A stretch of DNA of 64,000 nt, taken from the NCBI GenBank assembly GCA_963666985.2, contig CAXXIA010000001.1, positions 608,001 through 672,000 of the forward strand. Direction: 5' to 3'. The position numbers were made by a program, and so were the translations under genes. A model generated the notes under the pieces. That model was not told the DNA's origin. It worked only from the letters and a program-made list of their open reading frames with translations, and ran no database searches. Positions 48,180 through 57,905 of this stretch are shown here, piece by piece (position 1 is the first letter of the stretch; each line of letters begins with the position of its first letter). The DNA is from Spirochaetia bacterium (GTDB taxonomy: Bacteria > Spirochaetota > Spirochaetia > DSM-2461).

Positions 48180-49097
48180 ATGCCTATTAAAATCCAAGAC
48201 GGTTTACCGGCGATTAAGGTTCTTACCGAAGAGAATATCTTCGTGATGACCGAGTCGCGGGCCATGCATCAGGACATCAGACCCTTAAGAATACTTATTC
48301 TGAATCTGATGCCTCTGAAAATCGTCACCGAGAATCAGCTCCTGCGCATGCTTTCCAATTCTCCGCTGCAGTGCGAGGTGGAATTGATTCTGCCGTCTTC
48401 CCACGAGTCTAAGAATACTTCCAGCGAACATCTCGATGTTTTCTATAAAACATTCGACGATGTGAAGGGCCGAAAATTCGACGGTCTGATTATCACCGGC
48501 GCTCCGGTGGAGACCATGGCGTTTGAAGAGGTGGACTACTGGGACGAAGTCGTGGACATCATGAACTGGGCCGAAAAGCATGTTTTCAGCACACTGTTCA
48601 TCTGCTGGGCGGCGCAGGCAGGGCTTTATCATCATCACGGAATCCCCAAACATCCGGTTGATGAGAAGGTTTCTGGTGTGTTCAGTCACACGGTTAACGA
48701 CAGATTCGTGCCTTTGGTTCGAGGGTTTGATGATGATTTCTATGCGCCGCATTCCAGGCATACGGAGGTTCGGCGCGAAGATATCGTCGGTCATGAGGAT
48801 CTTCTTATACTCTCCGAATCGGAAGAGGCCGGCATTTACATCGTTATGACTCCCGACGGCCGCCGCATTTATGTAACCGGTCATTCCGAATACGATCCGA
48901 TGACGCTCAAAGACGAGTACGAACGGGATTTGAAGAAGGGGATGAATCCCATTGTGCCCAGGAATTATTTCCCCAATGACGACCCCTCGAAGCCGCCTGT
49001 GATCCGCTGGAGAAGTCACGCGCATCTGCTGTTTTCCAATTGGCTTAATTATTATGTGTATCAGGCCACGCCGTTCGATATTGAAACCATCGAATAA
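48180..49097 (+). CDS. metA: Homoserine O-acyltransferase MetA, probably acetyl-CoA specific
   Basis: NLMP, ICWAAQ, PHSR and GHSEY motifs. TGAPVE has Glu at the specificity position, which is the acetyl type. Confidence 0.96.
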   Translation: MPIKIQDGLPAIKVLTEENIFVMTESRAMHQDIRPLRILILNLMPLKIVTENQLLRMLSNSPLQCEVELILPSSHESKNTSSEHLDVFYKTFDDVKGRKFDGLIITGAPVETMAFEEVDYWDEVVDIMNWAEKHVFSTLFICWAAQAGLYHHHGIPKHPVDEKVSGVFSHTVNDRFVPLVRGFDDDFYAPHSRHTEVRREDIVGHEDLLILSESEEAGIYIVMTPDGRRIYVTGHSEYDPMTLKDEYERDLKKGMNPIVPRNYFPNDDPSKPPVIRWRSHAHLLFSNWLNYYVYQATPFDIETIE

Positions 49098-49113
49098 AAA
49101 ACACGGAGAACCT

Positions 49114-49548
49114 ATGAGCGGAACGGATCGATCTTGGGGCGCCGTTGTTTATGAAAGCGGGGAGGACGATGCCGAGAGGCGTTTCCTTTTGGTTCTTCAT
49201 GCTTCGGGCGGGCATTGGGATTCTCCCAAGGGGCATGCGGAAGCCGGCGAATCTCCCGAAGACACGGTCCGCAGGGAAATCCGGGAGGAAGGCGGCGTTG
49301 AGATTCGCTTGATTCCCGGTTTCGCTGTTGATGCGAATTGGACGCTGCCGGACGGCAGGCTGAAAACGGTGACGTATTATCTGGCCGAGAAAACTGCCGC
49401 CTGTTCGGCGGACGGACCCGAAGGCGAAATCCTGGGTATAGTATGGCTGCCGTATGCGGAGGCCAGGCGGCGGATTACTTATGAGAGCGGTAAGAAGGTT
49501 CTTGATGAAGCGGCCGCGTTTCTGGAGCGGTCCCGAAACGGCGGCTGA
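49114..49548 (+). CDS. NUDIX hydrolase (Ap4A hydrolase-like)
   Basis: SWGAVV...HWDSPKGHAEAGESPEDTVRREIREEGG Nudix box. Confidence 0.9.
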   Translation: MSGTDRSWGAVVYESGEDDAERRFLLVLHASGGHWDSPKGHAEAGESPEDTVRREIREEGGVEIRLIPGFAVDANWTLPDGRLKTVTYYLAEKTAACSADGPEGEILGIVWLPYAEARRRITYESGKKVLDEAAAFLERSRNGG

Positions 49549-49593
49549 GAGCCGGCTTTCACGCGGCCGCTTGAGACCAATAATCCGTTAAGT

Positions 49594-49625
49594 AAAAAAA
49601 GACGCGGTTCTTGAACGAACCGCGC
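49594..49625 (-). terminator. Intrinsic terminator after the ABC transporter pair
   Basis: On the minus strand: CGCGGTTC-gttcaa-GAACCGCG followed by tcTTTTTTT. Confidence 0.75.
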
Positions 49626-49660
49626 CGAAGTCTTCAATAACCTTAGATATAGCGTCTTTC

Positions 49661-51391
49661 TTAACTCTGATACTGCGCTTTGAGCATGGATGCGAAAAGC
49701 CCCTGCCGTTGTTCGAGTTCTTCCGGTGTACCGCTTTCCGCGATGCCGCCGTCTTTCATCACAATGATTTTATCCGCGCCGGAGACGGTTCTCATGCGGT
49801 GGGCGATAATCAGAACGGTTTTATTTTTTATCAGTTCGCTTAAAGCCATTTGAATCTTGCTTTCATTTTCCGCATCCAATGAAGCCGTGGCTTCATCCAT
49901 GAGAATAATGGGAGCATCCTTAAGAATGGCACGGGCGATGGAGATTCTCTGCCGCTCTCCTCCGGAAAGCTTTTCTCCGTTTTCACCGATCGGTGTGTCG
50001 TATCCGTCGGAAAGCTTTTGGACGAAATCATCACAGCGGGCCAGGCGTGCGGCTTCAAGAACCTCTTCATCGGATGCGTCTTTTCGGCCGAGCCTGATAT
50101 TCTCCATAACGCTGGAATTGAACAGCGTGACGTCCTGAAAAACGATGGAAAAAGACTTCAGGAGAACTTCGGGATCAATCTCGGAAATATCAATACCGCC
50201 AAGGGTAATCGTTCCCTTATCAATATCCCAAAAGCGGGCCGAGAGTTTGGCTACGGTGCTTTTTCCTCCTCCCGACGGACCGACAAGGGCGGTTACTTCG
50301 CCTTGTTTCGCCGTCAAACTGACATTTCTCAGAGTCTGTACATCCTCCAGATAGGAAAAATCGACATTTTTGAATTCGATATCGTAGTTCTCCGGTTTAA
50401 ATTCGCTTCGTCCTTCCTGGCGCGGCATGGAGTCCATTTCCTTCATTCGCTTGATTCGGACATTCAGGAAAATAAGAGCGGCAAAATTATCAAAGGCCTG
50501 CATTACCGGATTATAGATGCGCGAAGCGATAATCAGAAAAACAAGATAGGTGAAAATGCCGATGGTGCCGGCCGACAGCATGTAAGCCCCGGTCAGAATC
50601 ACCGAAGGAAGGCCCAGTTTGAGAACAACGTAGGAAAGATTAATCAGAGTTCCCAGAAGGAGTTCGTTTTTTATAAGGATTTTTTCATACCCGTCCAGCG
50701 AGCCGTTAAGGTTTCCTGTGAAAAAATCTTCCCGGTTATAGGCTTTGATTTCATGGATTAAATCCAATTCTTCCTGAATGTTGTCGGAAATCCCTCTTTT
50801 CAAATCGTAAAGCTGTTTCTGGGATCTGTTCTGGAACTTCCTGGAAAGAAAGAAAACCAGCGCGGCGGCCGGAAGAACCCAGAAGACCGAAAGGGCCATT
50901 TTCCAGTTGTAGAGAAACAGCATAATGCAGATGATGAATACGTTGATAATGGACGCATACAGTTCCGGAACGGTATGGGAAAAAAGCTGTTCAATCTGCG
51001 TGGCGTCTTCCATGATGGTGGAGCTTAAGTCGGCGATATCTTTTTTTCCGAAAAAAGCCAGAGGAAGTTTCCGGAGTGTTTCGGCCAGACTGATCCGTCT
51101 TTTGGCGCTTTCTCCGTAAATACGGGTATAGGCCGAATCGTACTGAATGTAGGCCAGAAGAAACATAACCGCGAAGAACCCGATCGACCACAAAAGGTAA
51201 TTAAGAATTCGCCGGTCGGGAGAATAGGAAGGATTGATAACGGCCGTAATATGTTCGCTTAAGAATTTGCATCCGATGATAACCGGAAGCATAAAGCTCA
51301 AGTACAGAAGGGCCGTCCAAAAAACGGATATGATAAAGTCTTTCGCCCCTTTCTCGGACATGGCGAATTTATTTTGAAAGTACCGAATCAT
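49661..51391 (-). CDS. ABC transporter fused TMD-NBD subunit (IrtB/YbtQ-like)
   Basis: GPSGGGKS, LSGGERQR, DEATA and IAHR motifs. Confidence 0.93.
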   Translation of the reverse strand: MIRYFQNKFAMSEKGAKDFIISVFWTALLYLSFMLPVIIGCKFLSEHITAVINPSYSPDRRILNYLLWSIGFFAVMFLLAYIQYDSAYTRIYGESAKRRISLAETLRKLPLAFFGKKDIADLSSTIMEDATQIEQLFSHTVPELYASIINVFIICIMLFLYNWKMALSVFWVLPAAALVFFLSRKFQNRSQKQLYDLKRGISDNIQEELDLIHEIKAYNREDFFTGNLNGSLDGYEKILIKNELLLGTLINLSYVVLKLGLPSVILTGAYMLSAGTIGIFTYLVFLIIASRIYNPVMQAFDNFAALIFLNVRIKRMKEMDSMPRQEGRSEFKPENYDIEFKNVDFSYLEDVQTLRNVSLTAKQGEVTALVGPSGGGKSTVAKLSARFWDIDKGTITLGGIDISEIDPEVLLKSFSIVFQDVTLFNSSVMENIRLGRKDASDEEVLEAARLARCDDFVQKLSDGYDTPIGENGEKLSGGERQRISIARAILKDAPIILMDEATASLDAENESKIQMALSELIKNKTVLIIAHRMRTVSGADKIIVMKDGGIAESGTPEELEQRQGLFASMLKAQYQS

Positions 51392-51392
51392 C

Positions 51393-53192
51393 TTATTCTC
51401 CTACGCCGACGGTTTCACCGGCTTTAATTTTCCAAGCTATCGATTGCCGGTATTCATCCCACATGGTTTGATAGATGCCGTTTTTCGCCAGCAATTCGTC
51501 GTGGGTGCCTTCTTCGGCTATCCGGCCTTTGTCGATAACCAGAATCCTGTCGGCGTTCCGTACGCTCGTAAGGCGGTGGGCAATCATCAGAGTGGTTTTC
51601 CCTCGGCTGACCTCGTGAAGCGCTTTCTGTATCAGATGTTCGTTTTCCGGGTCGGCAAAGGCGGTGGCTTCATCGAGAAGTATAATGGGTGCGTTTTTTA
51701 CAATGGCTCGGGCCAAGGCGATTCTTTGCTGTTCACCGCCGGAGAGGTATGTTCCTTTTGTACCGATAACAGTCTCCAATCCGTTCGGCAGATTCTCGAT
51801 GATTTCCTTTGATTGGGAGGAGTCTATGGCATTCTCCAAGGCTTCTTCGCTCACTCCGTGTTTCCCGAAAATAATGTTTTCGCGAAGTGTGTCTTTAAAA
51901 AGCCGTGTTGTCTGGAATACGAAGGAAATTTTTTCCATCAGTGTTTTCTTGGGGATGTCTTTTACATTAACCCCGCCCACAAGGATTTCACCTTCATCGG
52001 CGTCCCAAAAGCGGGCGGCCAAACGGGCGATTGTGGTTTTCCCTCCGCCGGAGGCGCCGACAAGGGCAATGGTTTCCCCTTCACGGAGTTGAAAGCTTAT
52101 CCCGTCCAGGGCCCGCTGTTCGCTTCCTTCATAAGAGAAAACGACATTCCGGAACTCCAGACTGTTTGTCGGAATCGGCTGAGCTTCGCCGGTTTCCCGC
52201 AGGTCGGGGTAATGAATCAGATTGTCGATTCGGTCGATGGCTTGCCCTGCGATCATGGTGTTTTGCTTGAAATACATGGATCTCATCAGCAGCATGGAAA
52301 AAATGGGAGATATCAGCAGATAGAAAACAAAGTCCGCAATAACCTGAGGGATATTGCCTCCTCGTCCTATCAGGAGAAGGGCCAGAGGCGTCAGAAAGAA
52401 GGCGGTCGCTTCCATTATAACCGTATAGAACGACATGGGAGTTCGCCATAGAAGCGTGTAGGCATGAACCATGTCTTTGTAGCGGAGAATACTGCCGTGA
52501 AAGCGTTTGAAGGAAAAAATGGATTGACCGAATGTTTTTACAACCGGAATCCCCCGAATATATTCCACCGATTCGGAGCTCATTTCTTCAAGCGAATCCA
52601 AATATCGTTTTTGGAATTCCATGCCTTTGGAGCTCATCATGAAACCCATGGTGAAAAAGCCGATAACGATCGGCACCAAGGAGGCCAGGCCCATTCTCCA
52701 TTCGACAACAAAAGTCAAAACAAGGAGAATAACCGGAGTCACTACGGTTCCGGCCATATCGGGAAGCTGATGAGCCAGAAACGTATGAGTTGTTCCGGCT
52801 CCGTCGTTAACGATTTTCCGGATTTTGCCGCTCGAATGCTTATCGAAAAAGCCCAGAGGCTTTGAGAGAATTTTTTCCATTCCCGCTTTCTGGAGCCCGA
52901 CTTCCACATGGAAGGCCGCCAAATGGGAACACATCAGGGCGCAGAAATATACGATGACTCCTCCCACGGAACAGGCGAAAGCGAGCCAGGCGTATAATCC
53001 CAATCCCGATATGCCGAAAGAACCCGGGGATGAGAGAATGATTCGTACGATATACCACACCATGACAAATGGAATGATATTCAGTGCCGCCGATAATCCC
53101 GATAAAATCAGGGCTAAAGGCAGTAACGTTTTCTTTTTGCCCATGTACGGCAAAAACCTCGATAGAATGAATGGCTTTTTTTGTTTCGGCAT
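51393..53192 (-). CDS. ABC transporter fused TMD-NBD subunit (IrtA/YbtP-like)
   Basis: SHLAAF, FLAHQLPD, EYIRGIPVVKTF, GASGGGKT and LSGGEQQR; AGGGAGG RBS before ATG 53192. Confidence 0.93.
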   Translation of the reverse strand: MPKQKKPFILSRFLPYMGKKKTLLPLALILSGLSAALNIIPFVMVWYIVRIILSSPGSFGISGLGLYAWLAFACSVGGVIVYFCALMCSHLAAFHVEVGLQKAGMEKILSKPLGFFDKHSSGKIRKIVNDGAGTTHTFLAHQLPDMAGTVVTPVILLVLTFVVEWRMGLASLVPIVIGFFTMGFMMSSKGMEFQKRYLDSLEEMSSESVEYIRGIPVVKTFGQSIFSFKRFHGSILRYKDMVHAYTLLWRTPMSFYTVIMEATAFFLTPLALLLIGRGGNIPQVIADFVFYLLISPIFSMLLMRSMYFKQNTMIAGQAIDRIDNLIHYPDLRETGEAQPIPTNSLEFRNVVFSYEGSEQRALDGISFQLREGETIALVGASGGGKTTIARLAARFWDADEGEILVGGVNVKDIPKKTLMEKISFVFQTTRLFKDTLRENIIFGKHGVSEEALENAIDSSQSKEIIENLPNGLETVIGTKGTYLSGGEQQRIALARAIVKNAPIILLDEATAFADPENEHLIQKALHEVSRGKTTLMIAHRLTSVRNADRILVIDKGRIAEEGTHDELLAKNGIYQTMWDEYRQSIAWKIKAGETVGVGE

Positions 53193-53596
53193 TGGCGAAA
53201 CCTCCCTAATGAAGAGTTGTGAAAAATGCAGTGAGTTCATCCGCATGAGAGAGCGGCGTGAGTTTTACCCCTATAAGTCTTTTAGTCTCGCATCGTTCAT
53301 AATTGGTGGATAATGAAATTAGCGCGACCTAACAATGATAAAATAAAAGAATATAAATATAAAGACCTATAACCGGCTGTGCGATCCGGCAAGGATCTGT
53401 TTTTCGCGGGAGATTGACGGAATAAAGATTCCTAAAAGAGTCTGATATCGAGTGGCCGAAAGCTCCCGGGAAACCCTTTTGCGGGATTTCCGTTTAAGAA
53501 ATCGGTTGCCGATGCTTATACAATCGATTGTTGTAGCTAATTAATTGCATTCGCTTTAATCTGCCTTGACGAGAAACTTTTCTATTCGGAGGAATC

Positions 53597-54019
53597 GTGA
53601 AATCAATTACACCGGCTCCTTGCGGCGTTGTCTGTGAGTTATGCCTTGGGTATCAAAGATCCCGAAATCGGTGCGTCGGCTGTAATTCGGAGGGATATAA
53701 ACCGAATCATTGTACAATCTGCTCCATTAAATTCTGTGATGAAAAACCGACTCCGGAAACTTTATGCCTTGAATGCCCGAAATATCCTTGCCGGAGACTG
53801 AAAGATCTGGGAAAGAGATATTCAAAGAAATATGGAGAGGACATTACGGAGAATATGCACCTATTCCTTCATCAGGGTTTGGAAAAGTTCTCCGAGGAAA
53901 TCGTGCGAAAATGGTCGTGTTCCGAATGTGGAAATCTGTTGTCCGCACATCGCGCGATCTGTCTTTCCTGCGGAGCGCCGAATCCTTACTTTCCGGAAGA
54001 AATGAAAAAAAGTCCTTGA
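53597..54019 (+). CDS. Cys-rich putative metal-binding protein (DUF3795-like)
   Basis: APCGVVCELC...CVGC...C..C...C...CLECPKYPC...CSECG...CLSC. Confidence 0.8.
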   Translation: MKSITPAPCGVVCELCLGYQRSRNRCVGCNSEGYKPNHCTICSIKFCDEKPTPETLCLECPKYPCRRLKDLGKRYSKKYGEDITENMHLFLHQGLEKFSEEIVRKWSCSECGNLLSAHRAICLSCGAPNPYFPEEMKKSP

Positions 54020-54275
54020 GGGGATTCGGCCGGAGAACACTGTCCGCGGGAGACATCCTGGAAGACGGTTGATGAAGAGCCGTTCAGGCTGCCGCCCTAA
54101 AGCCTGTATCGACCGCCGCGTTAATTAATACGAGCCGGCGGCGTTTTGCGGCCGAGGCGTGAAACGCACCGGATTGATGATCGCGGGGTACCCGCCGCAA
54201 TTTCGCGAAATCCGCCGCCGGGACGGACGCCCGGCTTGAGTTTCCCTCCGTTCGTATCCGAGGCGATTTCCGAGC

Positions 54276-56309
54276 TTATTTCCAGGGCATCTTCTCAAAA
54301 AATCCGGAAATATCTTCACCGTGTTCCACGGGCTTGTCCGCTTCCGTGTGTTCCATAAGCTCTTGGGGAATTTCTTCCAAGAAGGGCGAGGGAACGCAGG
54401 CGATTGTTTCAAGGCGGACCTTGCGGGTTCTGCAGGAAGAGATAAAGAGCTTTTTCCGGGCCCGCGTTATGGCCACATAAAACAGACGCCGCTCTTCTTC
54501 GAGTGATTTCGGATTTTCTTCCACGCTTTTGGCGTGGGGTATGATTCCCTCTTCCACGCCGGCCAGGAACACCACGTCGAATTCCAGGCCTTTGGATGCA
54601 TGAATGGTCATCAGGTTAACTTTACCCGCGTCCGATTCATCAAGTTCGTCGCGGGCATTAAGGGTGATTCGATTCAGCCATCGTGTCAGGGTGGGTTCCA
54701 GATTGTCCGGATTACTTTCCCAGCGGCGCAGGAATTCTCCGAAAGATTTAATGTTCTCGTAGCGCCATTTGGCGATTTTCTCGTTTTGATGGAATTCCTG
54801 TACGAGATGTCCCCAGTAATTCACGTCTTCAAGGAGTTCTTCGAAGGTTGCGGCAAGAGCGTTTTTTACATCGTCTTCAGACGGATTGAAAAGGTCGCGG
54901 TATTTTTCTACGAGATCCAAGAATTCGGCCAAACCCGAGCGCACCTTTTTGCTGATTGTGTCGTCTTCGCCCCAGACCAGGTCGCTGATGGCCGAATAAA
55001 GGGAACATTCTTTCTCCCGGCTGCGTTTTACCACGCGTTCGAGGGTGGATTTCCCAACACCGCGTCTCGGGGTGTTGATAATGCGCAGCAGGTTAACATC
55101 GTCATCAGGATTATCAATAACACGGAGATAGGCGATAACATCTTTGATTTCAGGCCGCTGGAAAAAGCTTGTTCCGCCGCTGACGGCATAGGGCAGATTG
55201 AACGATAAAAGGGCGTCCTCGATGCTTCGCGTCAGGGAGTTCGTACGGACGAGAATGCCGATCTGATCGTAGGAGATTCCTTCCGTGGCGCGAAGAGATC
55301 CGATGGTTTCCGCAATGAATTCTCCCTCTTCGGCGTCATCCTCGGGAGCGTTGAAGCGTATGGTCATCTCATCGTGTCCGTCGTGAGTCCAGAGTTCTTT
55401 GTCTTTGCGATTCGTATTGTTCGCGATAACCGCGTTGGCCGCCTTCAGAATGGTCCCGGTGGAACGGTAATTTCTCTCCAGTTTGATTTCTTTCAGTTCC
55501 GGGAAGTCTTTCTCGAAGCTCAGGATATTCGTATAGTCGGCGCCTCTCCAGGAGTAAATGGACTGATCGTCATCGCCCACGCAGCAGAGATTCCTGTGCG
55601 CGAAAGCCAGGTGTTTGACAAGAAGGTACTGAATCTGTGAGGTGTCCTGAAATTCGTCGACCATGATGTAGCGGTAGCGGGTACGGTAACCGGCCAGGAT
55701 TTCCGGTTCTTTTTCAAAGAGTTCAAGGGGGCGTATGATAAGATCGTCGAAATCAACGGCGTTATGCAGCATTAAAAGGTCATGATATTCATCGTAGAGC
55801 GGCTTATGAATATGCGTAACCGTGTCCCACGCTTTTCTCCTGGTCTTTATGTCACTGAAGAGAGCGGCCACCGCGTTGAGTTCCGAAGGTTCATGGTTGA
55901 GTTTCAGTTCCCGTGACGACTCTTTAAGACAGGCCAGCTTGTCGGACGAATCATAAATGGTGAAGTTCGGCCTGTAGCCGAGATGTTCCGCCTGCTCCCT
56001 TAAAATATGAACTCCGAAGGCATGAAATGTGGAAACGGTCAGGTTGGTGAGTTTTTGACCGGTGATGGCCTTTACCCGTTCCTCCATTTCTCTGGCGGCC
56101 TTGTTGGTGAAGGTGAGGGCGAGGATGGCCAGCTGCGGAATCCCCTGTTCGAGCATCTCGGCAATACGGGCCGTAACGACTCCCGTTTTGCCGCTGCCGG
56201 CGCCGGCGACGATGAGAAGAGGTCCGTCTATGGTTTCCACGGCCTCTCTCTGCTGAGGATTAAGCCGTTCTTTAACGGCTTCGAGATCTTCTGATTTGCG
56301 TTTAGACAT
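54276..56309 (-). CDS. UvrD/Rep/PcrA superfamily 1 helicase
   Basis: AGAGSGKT, TFTNKAAREM, DEFQDT, GDDDQSIY, TIHASKGLEF and EERRLFYVAITRA motifs. Confidence 0.96.
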   Translation of the reverse strand: MSKRKSEDLEAVKERLNPQQREAVETIDGPLLIVAGAGSGKTGVVTARIAEMLEQGIPQLAILALTFTNKAAREMEERVKAITGQKLTNLTVSTFHAFGVHILREQAEHLGYRPNFTIYDSSDKLACLKESSRELKLNHEPSELNAVAALFSDIKTRRKAWDTVTHIHKPLYDEYHDLLMLHNAVDFDDLIIRPLELFEKEPEILAGYRTRYRYIMVDEFQDTSQIQYLLVKHLAFAHRNLCCVGDDDQSIYSWRGADYTNILSFEKDFPELKEIKLERNYRSTGTILKAANAVIANNTNRKDKELWTHDGHDEMTIRFNAPEDDAEEGEFIAETIGSLRATEGISYDQIGILVRTNSLTRSIEDALLSFNLPYAVSGGTSFFQRPEIKDVIAYLRVIDNPDDDVNLLRIINTPRRGVGKSTLERVVKRSREKECSLYSAISDLVWGEDDTISKKVRSGLAEFLDLVEKYRDLFNPSEDDVKNALAATFEELLEDVNYWGHLVQEFHQNEKIAKWRYENIKSFGEFLRRWESNPDNLEPTLTRWLNRITLNARDELDESDAGKVNLMTIHASKGLEFDVVFLAGVEEGIIPHAKSVEENPKSLEEERRLFYVAITRARKKLFISSCRTRKVRLETIACVPSPFLEEIPQELMEHTEADKPVEHGEDISGFFEKMPWK

Positions 56310-56775
56310 GTTTAATAAAGAGATCCAGTGCTTCGATACCCAAAAGGAAGATGGCCGATACGATTAAACCGGAAATACCGACGCCCACAAGAACGGCGAG
56401 CATGGTTTTCCGGCGGCTGAGTCCCAGAATCCAGGCACCCAGTGTTCCGGTCCAGGCGCCTGTTATCGGAAGAGGAATCCCGACGAAAACGGCGACTCCC
56501 CAGAATCCGAAGCGTTCGACTTTGGCGGTGAGCTTATGACGCGCCCGCTCAACGATTTTATCGAAAATACGGGCATAGAAACCCCACCTGTAGAGGAGTT
56601 TGTGAAGAGAGTCCAGAAAGATGTATACGATAGGCGCAACAAGGGCGTTAATGAAAACGCAGTACGGGTAGGCCGCGATCCAGCGGATTCCGTTTGCCAG
56701 CGCGTAAGGCAGTCCTCCGCGGAGTTCTGCGATGGGGAGGAGAGTCAGAATCGTCGTCCAAATCCATGTTTTCAT
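56302..56775 (-). CDS. Small multidrug export family membrane protein (COG2426-like)
   Basis: LPIAELRGGLP and FVGIPLPITGAWTG motifs. Confidence 0.88.
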   Translation of the reverse strand: MKTWIWTTILTLLPIAELRGGLPYALANGIRWIAAYPYCVFINALVAPIVYIFLDSLHKLLYRWGFYARIFDKIVERARHKLTAKVERFGFWGVAVFVGIPLPITGAWTGTLGAWILGLSRRKTMLAVLVGVGISGLIVSAIFLLGIEALDLFIKHV

Positions 56776-56810
56776 TCGGCTTTAAGGATGCATGCAGGAA
56801 CGGCCGGGGG

Positions 56811-57722
56811 TCAAGAGAGAGGGAATCGGAATCTGGCCAAATCCCGCAGAAGACGCCCCATGAGCAGAAACGAACCCGGATCGAGTGTTTCCACGGAGTC
56901 CTTCGGGGTGTGCTTGGCTCTCCACGAGTGAGGAAGGGATGAGCGGATCTGTTCCCGCTCTCGCGCGGGAGCTTCGGGGTCGGCTTCGGCGGGTGATTTT
57001 TTAAACTGCGATGCAAGCATGTCCGCTTCTTTTCGCGGTAGAAGAGACAGCTGCAGGGCCGGATACCCGCCGAGAAGAAGGCCGAGATCGTCGGAAAACA
57101 TCGGATTAACTCCGAAATCCCGGCCGCCGGTGAATCGCCGTAAAAACCCTTCCATTGCTTCATAAGAGCGTGAATCCGGTCCTTTGCCGGTCATGAGTCC
57201 CGCTTTTCGGACGCTGCGGCCCCAGATCGGCGTGTTTCCTATGCCGCACATGTCGCAAACAAAAAAAAGAATGTTTTTTGCCTGAAGGCGGCTCAAATGA
57301 CGGGCCAAATGCCAGGCGCCCTGATCGGTGGCTTTCATGTCGCCGGTCAGTTCTTCTTTATCGGTAAAGATAACTTGAGTTCTGTGATTCCACCCCAGCC
57401 GGCGAATATCTTCCCAGTGAGAAAGGATCTGAAATACGGCGGCGGCATTATCGTTCGCTCCGGGCGTGCCCGTCACTCTGTCGTAATGGGCCACCAGGGT
57501 TACCCTGTAGTATTCGCCGTCCAGCGAAGATGCGTTGGGTACGGGCAGTGCGATATGCTTTGCATTGCCGATGGGAATAATTTCGAAAGGAATGCGGCGG
57601 CGTTTCAGGGACGATTGAAGAATGGAAAAACGATCCGCGTCGGGGGCGCAGAAACATTTCAGTTCCGCGATGTCTCCGGAAGGGAGCGGCAGTGTGTTAA
57701 GCGGACAATCTCCGGAACTCAT
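56811..57722 (-). CDS. M28 family Zn peptidase
   Basis: VAHYD, GANDNAAAV, TDKEE, DMCG and HTPKD motifs. Start set to ATG 57722 (apparently leaderless). Confidence 0.85.
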   Translation of the reverse strand: MSSGDCPLNTLPLPSGDIAELKCFCAPDADRFSILQSSLKRRRIPFEIIPIGNAKHIALPVPNASSLDGEYYRVTLVAHYDRVTGTPGANDNAAAVFQILSHWEDIRRLGWNHRTQVIFTDKEELTGDMKATDQGAWHLARHLSRLQAKNILFFVCDMCGIGNTPIWGRSVRKAGLMTGKGPDSRSYEAMEGFLRRFTGGRDFGVNPMFSDDLGLLLGGYPALQLSLLPRKEADMLASQFKKSPAEADPEAPAREREQIRSSLPHSWRAKHTPKDSVETLDPGSFLLMGRLLRDLARFRFPLS

Positions 57723-57780
57723 GCGGGAGTATAGCATGGTTTATTGAGGAGGCGGGACATCAAATGGTTCTTATAAAGCC

Positions 57781-57808
57781 TTGACCCTCGTATCCAGTTC
57801 TCTATACT
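57781..57808 (+). promoter_or_regulatory. Sigma70-like promoter of gpmI
   Basis: TTGACC-N16-TATACT. Confidence 0.65.
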
Positions 57809-57905
57809 CAAAACCGGAAGATACGGTTAAATAAGCCTAACAAGGCGCGGCCAATGTAAAAAGCCGGCCTTGGCGGAATGAATAAACCGATAGGGATGGG
57901 AATAT

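Noticed and set aside
53200..53596. Cobalamin riboswitch ahead of the ABC pair
   Set aside because: No B12-box consensus is recognisable on the minus strand.
54020..54275. ncRNA in the GC-rich gap between DUF3795 and the helicase
   Set aside because: Only short scattered stems are present, with no promoter, terminator or known RNA motif.
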